In this document: one piece after another, positions 1 to 7,078 of the stretch
Numbering within the stretch: position 1 is the stretch's first letter
Layout of the letters: each line of letters opens with the position of its first letter
Source of the DNA: Gammaproteobacteria bacterium
GTDB taxonomy: Bacteria; Pseudomonadota; Gammaproteobacteria; UBA4575
Assembly: GCA_965243395.1 (NCBI GenBank)
Contig: CBDEUS010000002.1
Coordinates: 736,001 to 800,000, forward strand
DNA length: 64,000 bases
Direction: 5' to 3'
Made by a program: the position numbers and the translations under genes
Notes under the pieces: generated by a model
The model's database searches: none
Told to the model about the DNA's origin: nothing
What the model saw: only the letters and a program-made list of their open reading frames with translations

Positions 1-411
1 GACATCAAGGCGTACTTTTGTGGTCCCCCACCAATGATTGATCTGGGTGTAAAAACTTTACAAGATGCAGGACTTGATGATTCAGATATTTACTATGATA
101 AATTTGAAGACATTCGTTCACCAGCACCGGTGATTGATAACACTAAGTGCGTATTGTGTGATGAATGTTTAATGGTCAAACCAGTACCGAATTGTTTAGT
201 TGAAGCCACCAACTTTCAAACCAATGGGGGTGGCGAAGTCTCTAGTTTTGAGCGTGTGACGCCGGCTAAAACTTCGGGGTTATACTATAATTCTCTTTTT
301 ATAGATGAAAATGAATGTATTCGTTGTTATGCATGTGTAGAAGCATGTCCACATGATGCTATTGCAGCCGATTACGATAAAATACCAAAAACCCTCAGGA
401 GAATTTCTTAG
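1..411 (+). CDS. 5'-truncated FAD/NAD(P)-binding oxygenase-reductase-type protein with C-terminal 4Fe-4S dicluster domain
   Basis: Frame is open from base 1: DIKAYFCGPPPMID...IYYDKF (FNR-family C-terminus), followed by CVLCDEC and CIRCYACVEACP ferredoxin motifs. Confidence 0.75.
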   Translation, partial: DIKAYFCGPPPMIDLGVKTLQDAGLDDSDIYYDKFEDIRSPAPVIDNTKCVLCDECLMVKPVPNCLVEATNFQTNGGGEVSSFERVTPAKTSGLYYNSLFIDENECIRCYACVEACPHDAIAADYDKIPKTLRRIS

Positions 412-470
412 ATAGAATTTACGCGGTAATCTAAGTGAATTGCATAATCGGTTTGTTATGATATTTCGTT

Positions 471-505
471 AAGCTGCTATTAGTAACCTGATAGCAGCTT
501 TTTTT
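471..505 (+). terminator. Intrinsic terminator
   Basis: AAGCTGCTAT...ATAGCAGCTT stem followed by a T-run. Confidence 0.8.
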
Positions 506-591
506 ATGTGCGTAATGAATGGGAATTATATTAATACAATTACGGTCTAATATTTGTAGATACCTATATTTGATAGTTGGAGTTATAAACT

Positions 592-1653
592 ATGCATTTA
601 ATGAATACATGGAAAATACTATTTTTATCGGCATTGGCTTTTATACTTATTTTTTTCATTGGAACTCAAATGAGTAGTGCGTCACCTCAAAAAGTTCATA
701 AACCTGTTGTTGAAGAGATAGGTGAACTTACGGATGAAGAATTGTTAAAGATGCAAAAGGAGCTACAAAAGCCGATTAAAGAGTCAGGTCGATTTACAGA
801 AGGCGTATTGTGGAAAATCGAAAAAGATAAAGAATTTATCGGATATATCTTTGGCACCATTCACATGAACGATAAGCGCGTCAATCAAGTTCGAAAGAAC
901 ATCATTGATATATTTGATGAAATGACCAGTTTTGCGATGGAATCGTTTCCAAGTGACCATTACTGGAATCCATACCATGGCGGGCAAATGATTAAAGGCG
1001 ATATGACTTTGCCAAGAGGCCAAACATTAGAAGGTCTTATTGGCGAAGAGCTCTATGCAAGAGTAGAAGAAATTCTTTTAGATCTTGGTTTAGACAAGCA
1101 AACTATCTTGCATCTAAAACCATGGGCAGCGATGCGAAGTTTTGCCGTTAAAGCAGATAACACCGAAGATTTAATTCTTGATTATGAGTTATTAGATCGT
1201 GCAGCTGCACAAAGAAAAGATCTATATCAAGTTGAAAGCATAGAAGAATTTTTAGTGACTTTTTATGCTATGCCACAAGATGTTCAAATTAAATTACTAG
1301 AATTTACTTTAAACAGTTATGCAGAAATGCGTAGCACCATCAACATGATGCTTGAGGCGTACTTAGAAGAAGATCTTTTAAAAATGTATCAGATAAGCAC
1401 TAGTTTTATTCCTGATAAACCTGAATTTGAAAAATATCGTGAGACGTATTTAAAACATGTAGTCAAAGATAGAAATGTAGTAATGGAGCATTATATGCGT
1501 AAGCCAATGCGCGAAAAAAATACCTTTATAGCGATTGGCGCGTTACATCTATATGGTGACCAAGGAGTATTGGCATTGATGGAGAAAGACGGGTATCAGG
1601 TAACTCGAGTACCCATAACGAATAAGGCTCCTGCTGAAAAAACTGAAGGATAA
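592..1653 (+). CDS. TraB/GumN (TIKI-like) family protein
   Basis: N-terminal signal/TM; LWKI...YIFGTIH, RNVVM and IAIGALHLYG motifs. Confidence 0.85.
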   Translation: MHLMNTWKILFLSALAFILIFFIGTQMSSASPQKVHKPVVEEIGELTDEELLKMQKELQKPIKESGRFTEGVLWKIEKDKEFIGYIFGTIHMNDKRVNQVRKNIIDIFDEMTSFAMESFPSDHYWNPYHGGQMIKGDMTLPRGQTLEGLIGEELYARVEEILLDLGLDKQTILHLKPWAAMRSFAVKADNTEDLILDYELLDRAAAQRKDLYQVESIEEFLVTFYAMPQDVQIKLLEFTLNSYAEMRSTINMMLEAYLEEDLLKMYQISTSFIPDKPEFEKYRETYLKHVVKDRNVVMEHYMRKPMREKNTFIAIGALHLYGDQGVLALMEKDGYQVTRVPITNKAPAEKTEG

Positions 1654-1678
1654 TTAAATTAGGCTAAAATTCCGTGAA

Positions 1679-2305
1679 ATGATTACTCGCAAATATACAG
1701 TACTCTTTTTATTAATATTTATATTTTTGAGTACTGCTATATTTGCTGAAGAAGATATTCGTTATGTCACTGATGAATTTGAAATCACTCTCCATCGTAA
1801 GATGAATTTGAATAGTGATGTGATCGCAGAGCTGAAGAGTGGCACCCCCGTTAAAGTTTTAAGGACTAACCGAGATGAAGGTTATGTAATGGTGGCCACT
1901 GGGAATGAAAAAGTTGGCTGGATGTTGGAAAGTTATTTGCTTGATGAGCCGGTAGGCCGTCAGAAGTATGAAGCTTTGAAAAAAGAGTATGACAAACTTA
2001 AAACAGAGTTTGATACTCAATTGCAAAAACGCACTTTACAGCTATCAACAGAGCTGAATCAAGTCAAAAAAATTTCTAAAAGACCATTAGAGTTAGAAAA
2101 AGAAAATCAGCAATTGAAAGATTTACTTCAAATAGAGCGTGATAGGATTGATATAATTAAACAAGAAAATCGAGCGTTTAAATCAATTCATAAAGACAGG
2201 CAATGGTTGGTAACAGGTGCAGTTATTGCCATTGGGAGTTTAGTACTGGGTTTAATTATCACTAAAATACCTTGGCGAAGACGCAAAAGCTGGGGTGAAT
2301 TATAG
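1679..2305 (+). CDS. SH3-domain membrane-anchored protein (TIGR04211/YgiM-like)
   Basis: Signal peptide, RYVTDEFEITLH SH3-type start, coiled coil, C-terminal TM then PWRRRKSW. Confidence 0.85.
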   Translation: MITRKYTVLFLLIFIFLSTAIFAEEDIRYVTDEFEITLHRKMNLNSDVIAELKSGTPVKVLRTNRDEGYVMVATGNEKVGWMLESYLLDEPVGRQKYEALKKEYDKLKTEFDTQLQKRTLQLSTELNQVKKISKRPLELEKENQQLKDLLQIERDRIDIIKQENRAFKSIHKDRQWLVTGAVIAIGSLVLGLIITKIPWRRRKSWGEL

Positions 2306-2320
2306 TTTTTGATACTTACT

Positions 2321-2959
2321 CTAAGTATCCAGCATCTTAACGGGCAGTGTTTTAGCCTCATTGATCATTGATTCTAGTGAATTTCTATCAGGTATTTCTT
2401 TTACCCGATTTTGCTCTGCATTAGAGTCAACTAATATTTTATGTAACGCGTTAGCCTCTAGTTGACCTAAATCTTGAGCTGAATCAATGCCGGCATATAC
2501 CATCAGTTCAGCAAACTGACCTTCAATACCATCCACGCGCATAAGATCTGACATACTGGCCCACTTGCGAATAACGAAATCTTCTATGCCAATATGATTT
2601 GCAATCTCTATACGACCATCCATATTGCTACATTTATCTAGTAGTTCTTGTGTTGTACTAATGCCACTATCACGCAGCTTTGCGCCGTAACTCTTACCGA
2701 TACCTTCTACCTCTTCTACCTCATAACTGGTTTGTCGGGCTTTCGCTATAGTATCTTTCGCTATGTCTTCAGTAGGTGGTTTACTTATTTCTTTAATTTG
2801 ATTTGAATGATTCTGCTCATCAAGCTTATTGCTACTGTCTGCCTCCAACTCATCGAGTCTTTTTTGGCTAGAGCATTTAGCAAGCCAATAACCAATAACT
2901 GCTCCTAATAACGTTGCCAGTAGCAAGCATAGCCACATTTGTGTAATTAAGTAGTTCAT
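2321..2959 (-). CDS. Membrane-anchored DUF4332 (helix-hairpin-helix) protein
   Basis: N-terminal TM; VEEVEGIG...GISTTQELL and DLMRVDGI...FAELM motifs. Confidence 0.8.
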   Translation of the reverse strand: MNYLITQMWLCLLLATLLGAVIGYWLAKCSSQKRLDELEADSSNKLDEQNHSNQIKEISKPPTEDIAKDTIAKARQTSYEVEEVEGIGKSYGAKLRDSGISTTQELLDKCSNMDGRIEIANHIGIEDFVIRKWASMSDLMRVDGIEGQFAELMVYAGIDSAQDLGQLEANALHKILVDSNAEQNRVKEIPDRNSLESMINEAKTLPVKMLDT

Positions 2960-2984
2960 AGTTATAACCCTTATACGTTAAATT

Positions 2985-3356
2985 CTATTCTTCTATTTTT
3001 TCCATGCCTTGATCATTATCTATCGGCAATGGTTCTAGTTCAGGGGGTTGAATTTTTTCTTCGTTGAGTTTCGGATTAGCAATAATTAATTGATTTTTCA
3101 CAGCACGTACTCCATCAACTTGTTGTACAGTTTCTTTAGCACTTTTTTTTGCCTCTATAGTGTCAACTTCACCTATTAAGGTAATGTCACGGCCGTCTGT
3201 TACAATAGTTATATCATCCAGGTTTTGTTCCAAAAGTGCTGCATGCGCTCGTGTATCAATATCGTTTTGAATGACAGGAACGTGCTGATAAATACAAAAA
3301 TAACCGAGAATGCCTAATAACAATAACCCAAACAAAAGAATAAAAGGTTTTTTCAT
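2985..3356 (-). CDS. Membrane-anchored BON-domain protein
   Basis: TM followed by DGRDITLIGEV...VDGVRAVKNQL BON signature. Confidence 0.85.
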   Translation of the reverse strand: MKKPFILLFGLLLLGILGYFCIYQHVPVIQNDIDTRAHAALLEQNLDDITIVTDGRDITLIGEVDTIEAKKSAKETVQQVDGVRAVKNQLIIANPKLNEEKIQPPELEPLPIDNDQGMEKIEE

Positions 3357-3533
3357 TCGAATTCTCGATTACCCAGTTAATAATATTGAATTGCAATGAT
3401 ACTTAGATATTTTCACTGAAAACATCTTTGTAGTTGAATTATTCAGGTAAAAACAGGCTAACGTATCTGTTGCTTGTTTTCAATAAATAAATATTGCCCG
3501 TATTAAATATATAATTTTATTTCTAGTATGCAC

Positions 3534-3758
3534 TTAAGAAACATAATTATATTGGTATGAACGAAGAGTAGCTTCTCCAAAATATACTTTTGTAAATATA
3601 ATTTGGGGAAGCCACTCTTTTTTCATTTTTACCTTTTCTAAACGTCGTTTAGACTTGTTGCTTTTACGATGCACACCACCCTTTCTAAGCAGTGGATGAT
3701 TATGTAAAAGATTTCTTTGCCGCGTAAATTTAACTGCCAGTTTAGTCTTGTCAGGCAT
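3534..3758 (-). CDS. Small basic protein, candidate ArfA-like alternative ribosome-rescue factor (74 aa)
   Basis: AAGGAG SD upstream of ATG at 3758 (track start 3782 is unlikely); core RNLLHNHPLLRKGGVHRKSNKSKRR; more hydrophobic tail encoded across an mRNA hairpin. Confidence 0.6.
   Translation of the reverse strand: MPDKTKLAVKFTRQRNLLHNHPLLRKGGVHRKSNKSKRRLEKVKMKKEWLPQIIFTKVYFGEATLRSYQYNYVS
3564..3619 (-). other. 26-bp mRNA hairpin inside the CDS (candidate RNase III site)
   Basis: AAGAGUGGCUUCCCCAAAUUAUAUUU-ACAA-AAGUAUAUUUUGGAGAAGCUACUCUU; 24 of 26 positions pair, including 2 G-U. Confidence 0.75.
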
Positions 3759-3793
3759 TACTATTCTCCTTATTTGTTTCAATTAACTAATGT

Positions 3794-4024
3794 TCAAGCG
3801 GCTTCTTTTAACAGTGTGCCATCCTGAATCGCTTGGCGAATATAATCCATAAAATACAGCGAATTTTTTTCAGCAACTAGCACCTCGTCACGCATTGTGT
3901 TTAGAGGTACTGGAAAGCTGTACATCATTTCACTATAAGGAACAGTCACAGCATAATACGCTATCCCATTTTGATAACGTATGAACTTAGCTTTGTTGTT
4001 AATGCTTATATCATTTGTATTCAT
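3794..4024 (-). CDS. Small hypothetical protein with FPVP motif, C-terminal EAA
   Basis: Purine-rich SD region; aligns by eye with 4049-4276. Confidence 0.8.
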   Translation of the reverse strand: MNTNDISINNKAKFIRYQNGIAYYAVTVPYSEMMYSFPVPLNTMRDEVLVAEKNSLYFMDYIRQAIQDGTLLKEAA

Positions 4025-4048
4025 ATTCCACCTGCCTATAAAACAAAG

Positions 4049-4276
4049 TTAAGCGGCTTCAGTTTTATCCATTTTCTCATCCAGTTTTTGGGCATGAGCT
4101 TTGATATATGGATAAAATCGATTTACACGGTCTTCATTTAGAAATACCGACTGACCTGAACCTTTAATAGGTACAGGAAACTTAAAACCACTCTCTGTGC
4201 GGTACCATAGTTTTCCTGATAGGAAAAACATGAAGCGCACGCTTTCATTGTTTTCCAATATTTGATCAAGCTTCAT
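4049..4276 (-). CDS. Small hypothetical protein with FPVP motif, C-terminal EAA
   Basis: AAGGAG SD; GKLWYRTESGFKFPVPI; paralog of 3794-4024. Confidence 0.85.
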   Translation of the reverse strand: MKLDQILENNESVRFMFFLSGKLWYRTESGFKFPVPIKGSGQSVFLNEDRVNRFYPYIKAHAQKLDEKMDKTEAA

Positions 4277-4344
4277 TTCGTATCTCCTTTTAAAAAAGTT
4301 AAAAAATCCTCTAGTTGGGTCAGTAAAATTCCTGTAAACAAGTC

Positions 4345-4378
4345 AAAAAAAACCCCGGTGCTCACGCTGCCGGGGTTT
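4345..4378 (-). terminator. Attenuator terminator between leader ORF and operon
   Basis: AAACCCCGG-CAGCGUGAGCA-CCGGGGUUUUUUUU on the minus strand, about 70 nt upstream of the 4276 start. Confidence 0.85.
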
Positions 4379-4387
4379 CTAGTGTTT

Positions 4388-4428
4388 CCGGAAGGTGAGC
4401 TGCACCTTCCGATATATCTGGAAGGTAC
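4388..4428 (-). promoter_or_regulatory. Mutually exclusive RNA hairpins (attenuator switch)
   Basis: Segment 1 GUACCUUCC (4428-4420), segment 2 CGGAAGGUGC (4411-4402), segment 3 CACCUUCCGG (4397-4388); both 1:2 and 2:3 are 9-bp helices. Confidence 0.75.
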
Positions 4429-4575
4429 TTAAGCCATGAAAATCTTTTGAATTTTCATTTGTTTAGTGCCCATTTCAACGCGATGTAGTGCGTGTGAAGA
4501 GCACACAAACGGCACAGTAAAACGACATGTATACATGGCGTTATTTAAGACAAGTTGTTGCATAAATTTTTTCAT
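4429..4575 (-). CDS. Putative leader peptide, 48 aa (MKKFMQQLVLNNAMYTCRFTVPFVCSSHALHRVEMGTKQMKIQKIFMA)
   Basis: Translated by hand and absent from the track; its TAA abuts switch segment 1; ATG lies 9 nt after a -10 box. Confidence 0.6.
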   Translation of the reverse strand: MKKFMQQLVLNNAMYTCRFTVPFVCSSHALHRVEMGTKQMKIQKIFMA

Positions 4576-4584
4576 CGGCGGCGA

Positions 4585-4612
4585 ACTATACTCTTTTAAA
4601 TATGTAATGCAA
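4585..4612 (-). promoter_or_regulatory. Sigma70-type promoter of the leader
   Basis: TTGCAT-16 nt-TATAGT followed by GC-rich TCGCCGCCG and ATG. Confidence 0.55.
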
Positions 4613-4667
4613 TATAAAATGGTTTAAATTTATGTTTTAAATTCTACCGTTTATCCATAAATTTGTA

Positions 4668-4982
4668 TTAGCGGTACTTCTTTTCACAGGCTCTACGTAT
4701 TCGTATTACTGCATCCACACTTTCAACCCCCACCATGTGATCAAGTAAGCATTCGTTGTATCTGCGCTCATCACTCATAATTGTTTTTGATGGACCACTA
4801 CCATAATTCTCTTCACAAGCCTCGGCTATAAACCTACTCGCAGCATCAAGCTTGGCGTTATCGAGGTGTTCCAATATGCAGTCCTCATACGTATAGCGAT
4901 TTTTCGATTTGGCACTAAGCGTATTTAGGCTGAATACCACTATGAAAAACATGGTTAATACTATAAAGGATCGCGCACGCAT
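4668..4982 (-). CDS. Secreted four-cysteine repeat protein (VF_A0006-like)
   Basis: Signal peptide; two repeats YEDCILEHL...IAEACEENY and YNECLLDHM...IRRACEKKY. Confidence 0.7.
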   Translation of the reverse strand: MRARSFIVLTMFFIVVFSLNTLSAKSKNRYTYEDCILEHLDNAKLDAASRFIAEACEENYGSGPSKTIMSDERRYNECLLDHMVGVESVDAVIRIRRACEKKYR

Positions 4983-5049
4983 TTATATTTGAGCTGTGAT
5001 TAGGGAAGGAGTTCCACAGAAAGTATGGCACAAGGCTATAAATAATTGC

Positions 5050-5523
5050 TTAGAGATCTCTGATTTTTAGGCGTATATATTCTTGCAGGATGTGGTAACT
5101 GTCACGTGCTTCTTCCTGAGTGATGTGGTTGGCTACAAGCTGCCAATGGACGTTGTTTGCTTCGGGTAGATTTTTTTCAAGAGTAGTCAGAATATTTTTA
5201 TTTCGATCAATACGAATTGCGTCTCGACGCAGCTCACTTTGATAGCGGTGTTTGATAATGCTTTGAGAAAAACGACTGTTGCTTAATAAGAAAATTAATG
5301 CATACGAATTATTTAGAGAATTGTTAAATTCAAACTCATAAGTTTTATGATAAGGAGCATGACTTGTATATGCATTGATTTTGTCTAGCTTAGATGTAGA
5401 AATATTGTTTTGTATTTGAACAAGTTGTGTATGCTTCTGGAAATGTTGAATATAACTACAGCTGGAACATATGATTGCACAAACAATCACGCAAAAAAAA
5501 TTGTAATAATTTAATTTCTTCAT
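5050..5523 (-). CDS. Hypothetical exported/lipoprotein
   Basis: Cys-rich hydrophobic N-terminus (ICSSC); no recognised domain. Confidence 0.55.
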   Translation of the reverse strand: MKKLNYYNFFCVIVCAIICSSCSYIQHFQKHTQLVQIQNNISTSKLDKINAYTSHAPYHKTYEFEFNNSLNNSYALIFLLSNSRFSQSIIKHRYQSELRRDAIRIDRNKNILTTLEKNLPEANNVHWQLVANHITQEEARDSYHILQEYIRLKIRDL

Positions 5524-5537
5524 TTAAGCCAACCAAT

Positions 5538-5634
5538 GTGTAGATCCTAATAAAACCCATCCTGGATAGGGTTAAATGTAATCTACACTTGCTTAATAAA
5601 ACATATTTTAGTGTAGGTTAAAGTATCTACACTT
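5538..5634. repeat. Four GTGTAG(A/G)T / ATCTACAC half-sites, possible operator array
   Basis: GTGTAGAT 5538, ATCTACACTT 5581, GTGTAGGT 5611, ATCTACACTT 5625; includes palindrome AGTGTAG-N10-CTACACT. Confidence 0.55.
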
Positions 5635-5788
5635 CTGTTTAATGAAGATTAAGAGGAATGTATTTCCCGATATATGGTGGCCAGGCGTACGGCTATATTT
5701 GAAGAAATTTATATATCAGTACTCATTATGTTTGGCTAAACTACATAAGCCTAGTAATTCATTGATTTGAAGAAAATGTTTTAGATGA

Positions 5789-5902
5789 TTATAAAAAAAA
5801 CACTATAGAGGCTACCAATAAGCAAGCAATGACACATATGCCTTGGATAATATATGGCATGAAATGATAGATTCGATCTGCATTCGGATTTAAGCTGATC
5901 AT
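5789..5902 (-). CDS. Possible 37-aa single-TM small protein (MISLNPNADRIYHFMPYIIQGICVIACLLVASIVFFL)
   Basis: Hand-translated ORF in a 500-nt gap; clean hydrophobic helix; weak SD. Confidence 0.4.
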   Translation of the reverse strand: MISLNPNADRIYHFMPYIIQGICVIACLLVASIVFFL

Positions 5903-6023
5903 GATAAAGTTTCCAGTGGTTAATGAAGCAAAACTATGTAAATAGTATTGCATTAATATGAGTAATTATCGAGCCACATAAATTAACGGCGTAAGATTTT
6001 AGACCAACGTTTATATTAATTAC

Positions 6024-6989
6024 ATGATAAAGCATGCAGCACTGATTCTGGTATGGGGGATAAATATCTTAATGCTGCGATATTTTTTTGACATATCTGA
6101 AAAGCTTAGCTTATTTATTTTTATTGCGGGCTTGATGGTATGGGCAAGATACAGGTCTCGTGCCTTTACTAAAACTGTTCCTCTTTTAATGCTTGTTGTT
6201 ATGTTAATTTATTTATCAACTATTCAAGCAAGTAATGATCGCGTTTGGTTGGATGAGGTTTCTAAATTGCCAAGCATTCAAGTCGAAAATAACCAGGTGA
6301 CAATTGAAAACTTTCGTGATTTCACATGGCAAGGTATTGATGACAGTAACTTAAACTGGGTGAATAGAACATATGACTTAAATAAACTACAACGGCTTTA
6401 TTTATATGTAGTGCCATTCCACGATTCTCAATACATGGCACATACTATGCTCGGGTTTGACTTCAATGATCAAGGTACTTTGATAGTTTCAGTTGAAACA
6501 CGTAAAGAGAAAGGAGAAGACTATAGCTTGATAGCAGGCGCATTACGTCAGCTTGAACTAATATATGTTTTTGGAAGTGAGCAAGATTTATTAACGTTAA
6601 GAGCCATACATAGAGGGGCAAAAATACATCTTTATCCTATTAAAGCGGATACTGAGTTTATGGTTGCTTTATTTAAAGATCTGGCACAGTCTGCTAATGA
6701 TTTGCAGTTAAAACCAAGGTTCTATCGCACCTTACGTGATAATTGTACGACTACATTAGTAAAGCATATTGATCGACATTATGAAAAGAAAATTGGTTTG
6801 CGAATAGAAACTATTTTCCCCGCAAAAGCAGGTGAATTGCTATATGAGCTTGATCGAATGGATACACAGTTGCTTTACACTCAAGCGCATGAGGTTTCCA
6901 GGATTGACCACTTGGTTAAACAATATGCAAATGAAAAAAACTTTACTTTTTTATTGCATGAAAATGCTGGCTTAATCTCTGGTGACTAG
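6024..6989 (+). CDS. DUF4105 (Lnb N-terminal-like) membrane protein
   Basis: TMs then AHTMLGF, SVETRKEKGE and FYRTLRDNCTT motifs. Confidence 0.85.
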   Translation: MIKHAALILVWGINILMLRYFFDISEKLSLFIFIAGLMVWARYRSRAFTKTVPLLMLVVMLIYLSTIQASNDRVWLDEVSKLPSIQVENNQVTIENFRDFTWQGIDDSNLNWVNRTYDLNKLQRLYLYVVPFHDSQYMAHTMLGFDFNDQGTLIVSVETRKEKGEDYSLIAGALRQLELIYVFGSEQDLLTLRAIHRGAKIHLYPIKADTEFMVALFKDLAQSANDLQLKPRFYRTLRDNCTTTLVKHIDRHYEKKIGLRIETIFPAKAGELLYELDRMDTQLLYTQAHEVSRIDHLVKQYANEKNFTFLLHENAGLISGD

Positions 6990-7078
6990 ATGATTATGTA
7001 TAGGAGTATAACTTCTTGATGATATAATCTTAAAAGCTAACACTTATATAATGATAAAAATTACAATCATAAACCATC

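Noticed and set aside
3564-3630. Hairpin read as a plus-strand terminator because a T-run follows it
   Set aside because: No plus-strand gene leads into it, the T-run is explained by Lys codons of the minus-strand CDS, and pairing is slightly better on the minus strand (two G-U pairs versus one); an antisense transcript cannot be fully excluded
5581-5634. AAGTGTAGAT twice, resembling the 3' end of a Cas12a direct repeat
   Set aside because: The TCTAC 5' stem arm of the repeat is missing, there are only two copies and there are no cas genes
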